DNA of 64,000 nt from Alicyclobacillus sp. SP_1 (GTDB lineage Bacteria > Bacillota > Bacilli > Alicyclobacillales > Alicyclobacillaceae). The notes beneath the pieces were generated by a model. The model was not told where the DNA came from, made no database searches, and saw only the letters and a program-made list of their open reading frames with translations. The translations under genes and the position numbers were made by a program. The number at the start of each line of letters is the position of its first letter. The first letter of the stretch is position 1. The DNA lies in NCBI RefSeq assembly GCF_024706985.1, contig NZ_JAMCCX010000018.1, forward strand, positions 1 to 64,000, given 5' to 3'. Below are positions 39,585 through 53,736 of this stretch, one piece after another.

Positions 39585-39708
39585 GGGCTCCATACCGAGG
39601 AGACGTCTGCGGGCGTCTCCTCTTCATCAGAACGGTCTGGTCGGCTACTGGAAGTCGGTTGGGCAAGCGTGTACGCACTTCAATACATAGTTGCACTGGG
39701 GCTACGGT

Positions 39709-40950
39709 CTATAGTTTCAGGATATTCACATTTTCAACATACTGATTGGAGTCCGGTAGTGCGTTCGGGTCGGTAGCTTGGTCCGTTCCGAGTTCTGCCT
39801 CTTTCTGTTCTATCAATCCATTGTTGCTACGTAATTTCATGCGGATGGCAGCACACTGTGCTTCCGAACCGAGGATCACCCCTTCATTGTCGACATAATG
39901 GACGGATGCGAGCAACAGTTCTGGATTTACGTCGTCTGCAATCTCTAAAACTCCTCCTACCACAAGGGTCATTCCACCTTCAGATTGAGAAAGTTCCAAT
40001 TCACTCGTGGTCAACTTCCCTTCATCATCGACTCTTACCAATTTTCCGCGAATAAGCACAATTTTCGCGTCAAACTCACATAAACGCTGCACGGTACTCT
40101 GGACTTCTGGGTGGCAGAAAATTTGACCAGTCGCAAGTAGTTTCGACACGGATGTCTCTAGTGTTGCGGAAGATACATCTGCACAGACGTGCACATCGCC
40201 ATTGACGTACAGAATTTGACGGGAATGTCGGGAGAGCAGAGCACCATCTAAGTCTGTGCTTTCCGGAAAATAGATGGCAGTTTCAGGAACGACTGAAAAA
40301 TTGGCGTGTTGAGGATTTTGAATGCAGTCCGCCAAGACTTCAAGGATATCCTCTCGAATCGCGACGCGCCCATGAAACTCGACGAAATCAATTTTTTCTC
40401 TGAGAATCGCGGTGTCGACATGTGCGAGCAGTTGCGACTTTCCGACGGCCACAATTCTCGAACCAGGTTTCAGGAGGCGTACGAAGACCGCATCAAAAGT
40501 GGCATTGTGCAGCAGAGTCGTTGCCCCGTTCGCGTAGGTATTCATGGCACCGTTTAAATGGTGAATTTTCGACCTGAGTGCTCCTTCCAAGCGTTTTGGG
40601 CACACCACGCTACCATTGACTAGGAGAGCACCAATTTGTTCAGAAAGAGCTTTCTCTGTAACATCGGGCTGTATGACAAGAGTGCCGTTAATCATTATAT
40701 TGCTGGGCTCTGAAGGAGGCGCATCAGTTGCACTAATTTCGCAACGGCCGTTGACCATCCGAATGTTAGAAATACCCTCCACAGTTTGGTTGATGTTACG
40801 CATAGAAATCTTGCTCAGTGCGGGTCCTAATTCTGGCTTAGAGAGAAGCAAATTGACGTTTTCGATGGACACGACATCTTTGAGGCTAGTCTCGTCCGTT
40901 GCCGATAAGTCCAATACGTTAATATTTCGAAGGATACGACCCATAATCAA
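39709..40950 (-). CDS. sigma-factor-coupled soluble repeat protein (candidate non-canonical anti-sigma / effector)
   Basis: ATGA overlap with ECF sigma stop; no TM, no ZAS/RsgI motif; recurrent x-NG-x-x-x-[VI] strand-like motifs. Confidence 0.5.
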   Translation of the reverse strand: MIMGRILRNINVLDLSATDETSLKDVVSIENVNLLLSKPELGPALSKISMRNINQTVEGISNIRMVNGRCEISATDAPPSEPSNIMINGTLVIQPDVTEKALSEQIGALLVNGSVVCPKRLEGALRSKIHHLNGAMNTYANGATTLLHNATFDAVFVRLLKPGSRIVAVGKSQLLAHVDTAILREKIDFVEFHGRVAIREDILEVLADCIQNPQHANFSVVPETAIYFPESTDLDGALLSRHSRQILYVNGDVHVCADVSSATLETSVSKLLATGQIFCHPEVQSTVQRLCEFDAKIVLIRGKLVRVDDEGKLTTSELELSQSEGGMTLVVGGVLEIADDVNPELLLASVHYVDNEGVILGSEAQCAAIRMKLRSNNGLIEQKEAELGTDQATDPNALPDSNQYVENVNILKL

Positions 40951-41489
40951 ACATCTCCTCCAGTTCCGTATTCACCGTTCGTCATTTCGGTTTGAAGCAT
41001 CTGAATGGCTCGACGTACTTGGCTACGCACCGTTGAGGGGTTTGTCCCTGTACGCTTTGCTATCTCGCGGCTATTGAGTCCGTTCCAATATCGTTGTACG
41101 AGAATAGCACGCAGTTCTGCCGGTAGGCGGTTTAATAGGTCGGTCCATTCAAGATGATTGGATAAATCGGAAACACCTGCTTCCATCGGGAAATGTGAAG
41201 CGTAGGGGTAATCGACGATAAATCGCGTTCGGCGGTCTTCATCTCTCTTTACATTTCGGAGGACCGTGAAGAGCCAGCCCCGTAGGTGCCCATCGTCCAT
41301 TTCGGCAAGTCGCGATAGATGGCGGAGAGCACGAACGAATGTTTCTTGAACGAGATCGTCTGCTCTATCCGGATCTCTAGTCAGTGCCAGCGCGAATCTT
41401 TGCAGAGACGGCCTATGAAGCTCATAAAGTTCCTCGAAAGTCGTGCTCTCACCCCCTTTCCGTGAACCGCCGTTAACAGGTACCGACAT
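40947..41489 (-). CDS. ECF-type RNA polymerase sigma-70 factor
   Basis: region 2 DLVQETFVRALRHL, region 4 LNSREIAKRTGTNPSTVRSQVRRA. Confidence 0.85.
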   Translation of the reverse strand: MSVPVNGGSRKGGESTTFEELYELHRPSLQRFALALTRDPDRADDLVQETFVRALRHLSRLAEMDDGHLRGWLFTVLRNVKRDEDRRTRFIVDYPYASHFPMEAGVSDLSNHLEWTDLLNRLPAELRAILVQRYWNGLNSREIAKRTGTNPSTVRSQVRRAIQMLQTEMTNGEYGTGGDV

Positions 41490-41832
41490 CTAGACAACGA
41501 ACGAGATTGACAAAGTGTTGTTTGGGACACAGTCGTAAGTTGAAAATTCTCGAATCGCGACGCGTCGAGGCTAGGCTAGCCTACGGGCGACAACACATGA
41601 CATTCAGAATATCGGTTGGCGACGGAATCCATAACCCATAGGTTGCAAATCTCACCCTTGAATTGTCCCTGCCTTTCCCTTAGTCTGAAACCAGTTATGG
41701 TAAAAGCGGAGGTTGCGGCTCACACTAGGCGGACGGATTGCACGAAGTGAACAGTGTGCTGTGTGCATCGGTCAACTGTCTCTTTCGAATGACTATGGAG
41801 GGGTACACTCCGTTTGTGAAAGGACCACTGTG

Positions 41833-42738
41833 ATGAAGGTAATTTTGACTCCTCGAGCACCATTCGACTTTCTGCAGATGTTGCGACGGCCGATGTCGCG
41901 ACCATCTTCGTTAATCCTCATTGACGCGAACTCCGGAACGTATACGAGGGCGGTGCGCCTTAGGTCTCGGGTTTGTCCTGTGACGGTGCGAAGTGTTGGT
42001 TCGGTAGACGGTCCCGAACTTTGTCTGGAATATCCGGATGACCTGGCGGAAGACGAACGGGATGAATTGCTCCAGCGGATGACGCAAATGTTTTCTTTGG
42101 AGCGAAATCTGCAAGATTTTTATGAGACCGTTTCGGTGTCCAAAGAATGGGCAGGATTGATTCAGCGGTTGTACGGTGTTCGGCCCATTCAAGATGCGGA
42201 TTTATTTGAATCGATGGTACGTACCATCATCGGCCAGCAACTCAATCTTTCGTTTGCGGCAACGCTGATGGAGCGACTGGTGCAGTTGGGCGATGAACGC
42301 GTGGTTTGGAAGCAGCAAACCTTGCCGGTGTTTCCGAGTGCAAAGACGGTGGCGGAATGGACGTATCCGCGCTTGCGGGAACTGGCGTTTAGCCAGCGTA
42401 AAGCAGAGTACGTTATTGATTTTGCGCGCCATGTTGCGAGTGGAGCGATAGATTTGGAGAAGCTCCGTGACTTGCCCGATGAGGATGTGTACGAAGTCCT
42501 GATGCCGCTACGCGGTGTAGGACGGTGGACCGTGGAATGTTTTTTGCTGTTTGGAATGGGGCGCACCGACATTCTTCCAGCAGCTGACATTGGAATCCAG
42601 AATGCAGTGCAGAGGCTGTATCACATGGCGGATCGCCCAAAAGAAGCGGACATTCGCCAGATTGCATCGGTGTGGGCTCCTTGGCGTAGCTATGCTACCT
42701 ATTATCTGTGGCAAAGCCTCCTCAGGGATGAGAATTGA
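41833..42738 (+). CDS. alkA: DNA-3-methyladenine glycosylase II (AlkA, HhH-GPD)
   Basis: HhH-GPD motif LRGVGRWTVECFLLFGMGRTDILPAADIG; start at ATG after AAAGGA. Confidence 0.8.
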   Translation: MKVILTPRAPFDFLQMLRRPMSRPSSLILIDANSGTYTRAVRLRSRVCPVTVRSVGSVDGPELCLEYPDDLAEDERDELLQRMTQMFSLERNLQDFYETVSVSKEWAGLIQRLYGVRPIQDADLFESMVRTIIGQQLNLSFAATLMERLVQLGDERVVWKQQTLPVFPSAKTVAEWTYPRLRELAFSQRKAEYVIDFARHVASGAIDLEKLRDLPDEDVYEVLMPLRGVGRWTVECFLLFGMGRTDILPAADIGIQNAVQRLYHMADRPKEADIRQIASVWAPWRSYATYYLWQSLLRDEN

Positions 42739-43120
42739 GAGGGGAATTTTAGTGGAAATAGTCAGAGGATATGCAACACAAGCCCTAACTGAGCAGCCCT
42801 TGGATGTGGAAGCAGTGTTCAAAGCATTGGCGGATCCGATACGGAGGTCGCTCGTTCAACTTTTGCAGCAAGACCAGTATTTTTGCCACGTGGACGGCGA
42901 GCGGGTGACAGGAATCTGCGTTCAGGACTTGAGTGAAGTCCTGAAGTTGCCGCAGTCGACGGTATCACGTCATCTGACGATTCTGCGTCAAGCCGGGCTG
43001 GTGGGTCACCAGCAAAAAGGCATCTGGCACTACTACTTCTGTCGCACCGAGACACTTCGACGGACGGCGGAATGGCTGCAAGCTCTGGCCTCTCAGGATG
43101 GTCAAGAAACGAACAAGTAA
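42728..43120 (+). CDS. ArsR/SmtB-family transcriptional regulator
   Basis: FKALADPIRRSLVQLL...VSRHLTILRQAGLV HTH_20. Confidence 0.65.
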   Translation: MRIERGILVEIVRGYATQALTEQPLDVEAVFKALADPIRRSLVQLLQQDQYFCHVDGERVTGICVQDLSEVLKLPQSTVSRHLTILRQAGLVGHQQKGIWHYYFCRTETLRRTAEWLQALASQDGQETNK

Positions 43121-43152
43121 GCGGGCTGCGGGGGCTGAGGAGTGAGGTGCGG

Positions 43153-45352
<2,200 letters not shown>

Positions 45353-45604
45353 TGGAATCTGTTATGTTGGAGAGAATCGCGGCATATGTGCGAGCGATTG
45401 TCGCATATGATGTCTCCTCGCGTCGGAAACGAGGCGCTCCAGTTGGGACGAGCAGTTGTTGCTGACCATGCTCAGCATGCGCCGAAAAGTGTTCCAAGAA
45501 CATCTTTTATCCGTTTTGCAGCAAGATGTGCAAGACTGTGAATGACATTCCGGTCTGTGTTATCCGTTGTCGCACATAGGACACTTCGCGGGAGGTTCAC
45601 TACA

Positions 45605-46621
45605 GTGACGAAACCAACTGTTTTTGTGCCCCATACCATTCCAGATAAGGCACTTCATCGACTGCACGCGACCTGCGAGGTCATCTATCGCGACCTGCGC
45701 AGTGAGCCAACTCAAACGGAACTCGCAGACGGTCTGCGGGGTGCGAAGGGCATGGTCTGCTACGGAAAAATCTCGGTGCGGGAAAGTCTCCTCGAGGCGG
45801 CGCCCCAGTTGGAAGTGGTGAGCAACATTGCCGTAGGCTTTGATAATTTCGATCTCGCTGCAATGCAAGCACACTGGGTGTCTGGTACGAACACGCCGGG
45901 TGTTCTGACGGAAACCACGGCAGACTTGGCCTTTGCGCTCCTGATGGCAGCGGCCCGTCGCATTCCGGAAGCAGACGCATACGTGAAAAGCGGACAATGG
46001 CAGAAGTGGGTGCCCGATTTAATGGTCGGATCGGACGTCTATGGAAAAACTATCGGTATTGTGGGCATGGGTCGAATTGGAGAGGCGGTTGCTCGCCGCG
46101 CGCTGGGGTTTGGGATGACCATTGTCTATCACAATCGGCGACGGCAGCCGAACGCAGAGTTGGCGCTTGGCGCAGTCTACCGCGCGTCTCTTGAAGAACT
46201 GTTGGGTGAATCAGACTTTGTGGTTCTACTCACGCCACTGACCAAGCACACGTTTCATCTCATCGGAGAAGATGAGCTCTGCAGGATGAAGCGCAATGCT
46301 TGGATCATCAACGTCGCGCGTGGGGCGGTTCTCGACGAATCTGCGCTGATGAAGGCACTGGACGGCGGGTGGATTGCAGGAGCGGGCCTCGATGTTTATG
46401 AAGAGGAACCTTTGCCTGCAAACCATCCGCTTCTGTCGCGCCCGAACGTCGTCATGCTACCACACATAGGAAGCGCGACGGTAGCAACGCGAGAGAACAT
46501 GGCGCTCACAGCCGTTGACAACATCATCGCTTATTTTTCTGGGCGAAGACCTCCCAATCTCGTCAATCCTGACGTTTGGGAGAGACGGTTTGGGCAATCG
46601 GCGGAACGGATGAAGGAATGA
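45605..46621 (+). CDS. D-isomer-specific 2-hydroxyacid dehydrogenase (glyoxylate/hydroxypyruvate reductase-like)
   Basis: GKTIGIVGMGRIG NAD motif, catalytic region ...WIINVARG..., HIGSAT; GTG start after GGGAGG. Confidence 0.75.
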   Translation: MTKPTVFVPHTIPDKALHRLHATCEVIYRDLRSEPTQTELADGLRGAKGMVCYGKISVRESLLEAAPQLEVVSNIAVGFDNFDLAAMQAHWVSGTNTPGVLTETTADLAFALLMAAARRIPEADAYVKSGQWQKWVPDLMVGSDVYGKTIGIVGMGRIGEAVARRALGFGMTIVYHNRRRQPNAELALGAVYRASLEELLGESDFVVLLTPLTKHTFHLIGEDELCRMKRNAWIINVARGAVLDESALMKALDGGWIAGAGLDVYEEEPLPANHPLLSRPNVVMLPHIGSATVATRENMALTAVDNIIAYFSGRRPPNLVNPDVWERRFGQSAERMKE

Positions 46622-46661
46622 ACGACATCCAGCATATATCTACCTTGACGAGGCTTCATCC

Positions 46662-46676
46662 TAGGCATATATTATA
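46662..46676. promoter_or_regulatory. Fur-family (PerR-like) 7-1-7 box candidate upstream of katG
   Basis: TTATATT-T-AAAATAA vs PerR consensus TTATAAT-N-ATTATAA (3 mismatches) about 45 nt 5' of katG. Confidence 0.25.
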
Positions 46677-46692
46677 TTTAAAATAAGTCTAA

Positions 46693-48942
<2,250 letters not shown>

Positions 48943-48959
48943 GTGCACTGAAAGTAGGT

Positions 48960-48997
48960 GTGGGAGGGACGACGCGGTACCACGTCGTCCCTCCCAC
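48960..48997. terminator. strong GC hairpin between convergent genes
   Basis: GTGGGAGGGACGACG-CGGTACCA-CGTCGTCCCTCCCAC perfect 15-bp stem. Confidence 0.55.
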
Positions 48998-49041
48998 ATT
49001 GAATAAAGAGGACCTGAGTTCAGCGGGTGCGTGCTCACCCA

Positions 49042-49545
49042 TTAATTTCGCGATTTTCTCGCAAGAATTTCCCTCAGAGCTGGATATCGGAGATGAAGCA
49101 CGACCGAACGCGCTCCCCAGACAACAGCCACGCCCAAAGCAATCTCCCAGGTGACGATGGCTGTCTGATGTGAGAAGACGGCAATGATTCCTTGAAGAGC
49201 AAAAATCACTAGCCAACTCACCAGGTATCGCCAGTCCCCTTGTATGACCCAGACCCCGTTTCGTTCATAGAGTCGCGTGAAGAATCCTTGTAAGATGGCA
49301 AACGGGATCGACACCCCGATTGAAATCACCGTGGTCCAGATTTGCACGGCGGGCACCGGGTGCGGAAGCGACTGATATGCCCAAAACAGAGCGATGGCCG
49401 GAAGAAAATAAAATCGTAAGCGACTCGGTCGCTTTGGCGTGATCTGACGCACAATGAAGTATACGAGTACTGCGAGACCGACGATGTCCGATGGTATGTT
49501 GGGCATGAATGACGCCTCCTTGAACGGAATGGGAATCTCCGACAC
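49042..49545 (-). CDS. small integral membrane protein (DUF1453/CcdC-like?)
   Basis: 4 predicted TM helices; no other motif. Confidence 0.45.
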   Translation of the reverse strand: MSEIPIPFKEASFMPNIPSDIVGLAVLVYFIVRQITPKRPSRLRFYFLPAIALFWAYQSLPHPVPAVQIWTTVISIGVSIPFAILQGFFTRLYERNGVWVIQGDWRYLVSWLVIFALQGIIAVFSHQTAIVTWEIALGVAVVWGARSVVLHLRYPALREILARKSRN

Positions 49546-49872
49546 TGTCGCCTGTTGCAGTTCAGGGGGGAAGGATGTACTGGAGATAATGTCACAGTGA
49601 TGATTTTAGAAGATCAGCAAAAAAGTGTCGTCTACCGCTGGATGGGTCTTTTGGGGGAGTCTTATCTACCTATGGGTAGAATGATGGTGTTGAGATAGCA
49701 TGTTGTGCTGGATGCTTCAGCCACCTGTCAGGCATGATAAAATGGGGATTGTTCGCAAAGGTTGCCGCCCTATCAGAAGTGAGGGTACCGTTGCGGTAGA
49801 AACGCCGTGGGACATTTCGGACCACACTTTGGTCAGGAGGAGTCCCCATGACGACACAGGGGGAATACACCC

Positions 49873-51087
49873 TTGCAAAACCAGGCGGCGATTCGTCGTG
49901 GCCGCAAGCTCAGCCGTCAGTTCATCGGAACGTTGGCTCTGCTGGCAGTCTACGGGGCATGGTCCTTTCCCAGTGGGACTGGGGACTACCGAACCGTGGT
50001 GTGGATTTATTTAGGCATTTTTATGGGCCTTGTCTGGATGCCTCGGCATTGGCGCACTCCGGTTATCCTTGGTTTGATAGCGGCTCTAGGCGCTCTTGGT
50101 ATCCTTGTTCTCATCAATCTATTCGGCATGAATTCTGAATATCTGGCATTGTTACTACCGTTTCCTGGGTTTCTTGTGCGAGATGGGATGAAGACGAGAT
50201 GGGCGATGATGTTTGTCGCAGGTCTGGTTGCCGCTACTTTGTTGAGCAGGGATGGGGAGTTTGGCGCCAACGTCGGATACGCTGTCTCAGAAGTTGGAAT
50301 TTATTTAGGCTTTCTTGGCGCACGACTGCGTCGGGAAGCTCACGAGATCGATCAACGGCGCTTGAAGGAACTTCTCCAGGCGCATGAGCAGTTGAAGGAA
50401 GCCCATGCTGAACTGAGCCGCACACACGAAGAACTGTTGGACACGACCATACTTGCGATGCAGTCGACAGCGCTCGCCGAACGAGCCAGTATCGCGAGAG
50501 ACATCCACGATGGTGTCGGACATCTTTTGACGTCTCTGGTCATTCAGCTGCAATCGTTACAAATGATGTTGCCAGAGAATCCGCAAATGGCGGCAGAACA
50601 TGTTCCAGACATGTTGGCCGTGGCTCGACAGGCGGTGTCTGATGTGCGCTTAGCTGTGCATCAGTGGAGTGACGAGGACGCTGGTCTTGGACTTTCTTCT
50701 TTGCGAGGATTGGCAGAACAGGTTGCGCGCCGCGGGGGAATCTCTTGCACGTTCGAGGCGCCCCTGCAGCAGTCAGACTCTTGGTCGCGTGACGTTTCTA
50801 TTGCGTTGTATCGAGTGCTTCAAGAATCGCTGACCAATGTATTGCGACACGCGAACGCGCGTCATGTTGTGGTGACGGTACTGGAGGTGTCCGATGAGGT
50901 GACGTTAACCATCGAAGATGATGGATGTTATACGGGCAATCCGCCAGTATCGTTTGGGTTTGGATTGAAGCACATGCAGGAGCGCTGCAAGGAATTAGGG
51001 GGTCACCTCGTAGTAGAGTTCAATGACGCGCTAGAGCGCGGTATGCGCGTCCGTGCCAAACTCCCGTTGAATGGAGGCGCATTCTAA
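49873..51087 (+). CDS. sensor histidine kinase, HisKA_3 (NarL-partner, LiaS/DesK-like)
   Basis: multi-TM N-term; H-box RDIHDGVGHLLTSL; HATPase_c NVLRHANA...; 5' end ambiguous (see poly-G finding). Confidence 0.75.
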   Translation: MQNQAAIRRGRKLSRQFIGTLALLAVYGAWSFPSGTGDYRTVVWIYLGIFMGLVWMPRHWRTPVILGLIAALGALGILVLINLFGMNSEYLALLLPFPGFLVRDGMKTRWAMMFVAGLVAATLLSRDGEFGANVGYAVSEVGIYLGFLGARLRREAHEIDQRRLKELLQAHEQLKEAHAELSRTHEELLDTTILAMQSTALAERASIARDIHDGVGHLLTSLVIQLQSLQMMLPENPQMAAEHVPDMLAVARQAVSDVRLAVHQWSDEDAGLGLSSLRGLAEQVARRGGISCTFEAPLQQSDSWSRDVSIALYRVLQESLTNVLRHANARHVVVTVLEVSDEVTLTIEDDGCYTGNPPVSFGFGLKHMQERCKELGGHLVVEFNDALERGMRVRAKLPLNGGAF

Positions 51088-51113
51088 TCGAACCGTCCAG
51101 CACAATTCGTGTC

Positions 51114-51815
51114 TTGATAGTGGATGACCAGGCGATGATTCGTCAAGGCCTCGCTTACATGATTAGTGCGCAGAGCGACCTGAATGTTGTCGGCCAAGCC
51201 GCGGACGGGGATGAGGCTGTCATGGAAGCGGCGGAAAGGCGTCCTGACGTCATCCTGATGGATATTCGCATGCCGAAACAAAATGGCATTGCAGCGACAG
51301 GTAGGATTGTAACTAGCGGATCGCCTGCGAAAATTGTGTTGCTGACAACGTTTGACGACGAACAAAACCTGTTTGATGGCATTCGGGCAGGCGCGGTGGG
51401 GTATTTGCTCAAAGATGCGGATGTGCACGAACTGCTCGATGCCATCCGTCGGGCGGCGCGCGGCGAGGCAGTGTATCGCACCGCCAGTGCAGCGCGGGCA
51501 TTAGCCCGTGCAGTCTCTCACCAATCGCCGCAAGAAGTCAAAGAAGTGGAGACGAGGGGGGTGCCACTGGGGCCAGGTGTGCAACCAAAGAAGTCTGTGA
51601 CTGCATCGGAGGGGTTGGCTGAGCCATTGACCGAGCGTGAAATCGAGGTCTTGCAGCAGATGGCGTATGGCAAACGCAACATGGAGATTGCCACCACGCT
51701 CTCCGTATCGGAAGGGACGGTAAAGACGCACGTTCATCGTATTTTGCAAAAACTTGGAGTTGAGGACCGCACGCAGGCTGTCGTCTTTGCCCTGCGCGAT
51801 GGTCTGGTGAATTGA
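51114..51815 (+). CDS. response regulator, NarL/LuxR family
   Basis: REC (VLIVDDQAMIRQGL...D..MPKQNG) + C-terminal LuxR HTH (LTEREIEVLQQMAYGKRNMEIATTLSVSEGTVKTHVHRILQKL). Confidence 0.8.
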   Translation: MIVDDQAMIRQGLAYMISAQSDLNVVGQAADGDEAVMEAAERRPDVILMDIRMPKQNGIAATGRIVTSGSPAKIVLLTTFDDEQNLFDGIRAGAVGYLLKDADVHELLDAIRRAARGEAVYRTASAARALARAVSHQSPQEVKEVETRGVPLGPGVQPKKSVTASEGLAEPLTEREIEVLQQMAYGKRNMEIATTLSVSEGTVKTHVHRILQKLGVEDRTQAVVFALRDGLVN

Positions 51816-51862
51816 GGCAGTCGTCGTGCCAGTCATGGGGCCTCTTTGAAGGGTGGATAAAA

Positions 51863-52630
51863 ATGGAACAGACTTTACGGGGCGAAATCAACTATCGGAT
51901 CATCGTCATCGAAGATGATCCGCAAGTGGCAAAGCTTTTGGGACGGCAACTGAGTCGCTATGGCTACGGTGTGAGCTTGTGTCAAGATTTTGAGCATGTC
52001 GATACAGTGGTGAGGACGGAAAACCCAGACCTAGTCTTGTTGGATATTAACCTGCCATTTTACGATGGGTTTTATTGGTGTCGACGAATACGCCGCTTTT
52101 CCACAGTACCTGTAATTTACATTTCATCGCGCGACGGCGATATGGACCAAGTATTTGGCTTAGATAATGGTGGCGATGAGTTTATCACCAAACCATTTCA
52201 ATTAGAAGTATTGCTTGCCAAAAGCAAGGCGTTGTTGCGACGTACATGTGGGGAATATGCGGTGGGTAGGACTTCACCACGGGAAGTTTACTCTCTTCGA
52301 ACGATGAAGTTGGATGTACGTAGAGCTACAGTGGATAATAAAGGGAAATCTAGTTTCTTGAGTAAAACAGAATTGGAACTTTTGCGCAGACTACTGGATG
52401 CGCAAGGAGCGGTGGTGTCCCGCAATGCCCTGCTGGAGGCTATTTGGGACGACACGCATTTCGTGGATGATAATACGTTGACTGTCAATGTGACTCGTCT
52501 GAGGCAAAAGCTTGAGAACGTAGGTATTCACGACGCGATTGTTACGCTTCGCGGGGTAGGATATCGTTTTGCACTATTTGACGAGTGTTCGCCTCCGGAG
52601 CCGGGACAAGATGATGAGAGCGTCCAATGA
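51863..52630 (+). CDS. response regulator, OmpR/PhoB family (BceR-like)
   Basis: REC IIVIEDDPQV...DINLPFYDG; winged-helix LTKTELELLRRLL...TLTVNVTRLRQKL. Confidence 0.8.
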   Translation: MEQTLRGEINYRIIVIEDDPQVAKLLGRQLSRYGYGVSLCQDFEHVDTVVRTENPDLVLLDINLPFYDGFYWCRRIRRFSTVPVIYISSRDGDMDQVFGLDNGGDEFITKPFQLEVLLAKSKALLRRTCGEYAVGRTSPREVYSLRTMKLDVRRATVDNKGKSSFLSKTELELLRRLLDAQGAVVSRNALLEAIWDDTHFVDDNTLTVNVTRLRQKLENVGIHDAIVTLRGVGYRFALFDECSPPEPGQDDESVQ

Positions 52631-53724
52631 ATCATAATCCGTTGCTTCTCTTTATACGGGACATGTGGCAGACTGTGCTTTTTTTCTGCATTGGCTATGC
52701 GCTGATTGTGGCGACAATTTTATTGTCTTTTCGGACATTGGTTCGTCAAAGTAATTTTATGTATGCCTATGTGCTCGGACTCACTATGCTGGTCGTGTTT
52801 TTGGTTTTAGAGTACGTTCGTCGCCATCGCTTCTATACCGAATTGGCGTATCGATTGAAGAAGGAGGCTGTTATGTCTGACGCGGTCACCATGCCAGTGA
52901 CTGGAACACACGACCAACGCTTATTCGTTCAGCTTCTGCACAGGTATCACCAAGAGCACGTTCGCCAACTGGATGTCCTTATAGAGCGACAGAGAGTGTA
53001 TGAACTGTTTGGAACGCGATTTGCGCATCAAATGAAGACGCCACTGACGGTCATTCAACTTCTTGAAGATGAGATGCGCCGGGAGTTCGCGTGGTCGACA
53101 GATATGGCGGAAATCGTGAGTCGACTCTCGGAAGAACGACTGAGACTGGACACTTCCGTGAACCTGATGTTGAACACTATGCGTCTGGGTTCGTTCTCTG
53201 TTGATGTCCACATTGAAGAAGTCGACCTGCAAGAGTTAGTTCGCGAAGCTGTGAACGAGCATAAAAGTCAGTGGATTCGAAGAGCAATTTATCCACGATT
53301 GGATGGGGAAGATTGCCCTGTAGTTGTGAAATCCGATCGGAAATGGCTTTTGTTTATTATGGATCAGATTATTCGCAATGCCCTTCAATACGGTTATCGT
53401 GTGGACGAAGACGGAATACCGGCTGAAGTGGCCAATTCATTTGTCATACAAATTAAAAAACGTGACCATTATGCGGTATTGGTCTTTTCAGATAACGGGA
53501 TAGGGATTCCAGCGAGGGACTTGGCACATGTCTTCGAACCCTTTTATACGGGGTCTAATGGTCGGTCACATTCTAGGGCAACTGGCATGGGGCTGTATAT
53601 CGTCAAACAGGTAGCCGAGCGCCTCGGGCATGACATTCGAATTGAGTCGAACGAAGGGCGAGGCACCACTGTGTTTGTGAGCATTTCCCTAGAAGATTTT
53701 CTGCGTCCACTGCTTACAACGTGA
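52627..53724 (+). CDS. intramembrane-sensing histidine kinase (BceS-like)
   Basis: 2 TM, no extracellular domain; H-box FAHQMKTPLT; HATPase (DNGIGIP, GMGLYIV); ATGA overlap with RR. Confidence 0.75.
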   Translation: MNHNPLLLFIRDMWQTVLFFCIGYALIVATILLSFRTLVRQSNFMYAYVLGLTMLVVFLVLEYVRRHRFYTELAYRLKKEAVMSDAVTMPVTGTHDQRLFVQLLHRYHQEHVRQLDVLIERQRVYELFGTRFAHQMKTPLTVIQLLEDEMRREFAWSTDMAEIVSRLSEERLRLDTSVNLMLNTMRLGSFSVDVHIEEVDLQELVREAVNEHKSQWIRRAIYPRLDGEDCPVVVKSDRKWLLFIMDQIIRNALQYGYRVDEDGIPAEVANSFVIQIKKRDHYAVLVFSDNGIGIPARDLAHVFEPFYTGSNGRSHSRATGMGLYIVKQVAERLGHDIRIESNEGRGTTVFVSISLEDFLRPLLTT

Positions 53725-53736
53725 AAAGTTGCAAAA

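Noticed and set aside
45353-45604. Imperfect inverted/direct repeats (CATATGTGCGAG..TCGCATATG; TTATCCGTT x2) upstream of the 2-hydroxyacid dehydrogenase
   Set aside because: Repeats are short and imperfect; could be chance in a 250-bp leader, not reported as a feature
49848-50138. 96-aa ORF starting at a perfect SD+ATG
   Set aside because: Product has no TM/kinase features while the +1 frame encodes a coherent sensor kinase; retained only as evidence for a possible G5 indel
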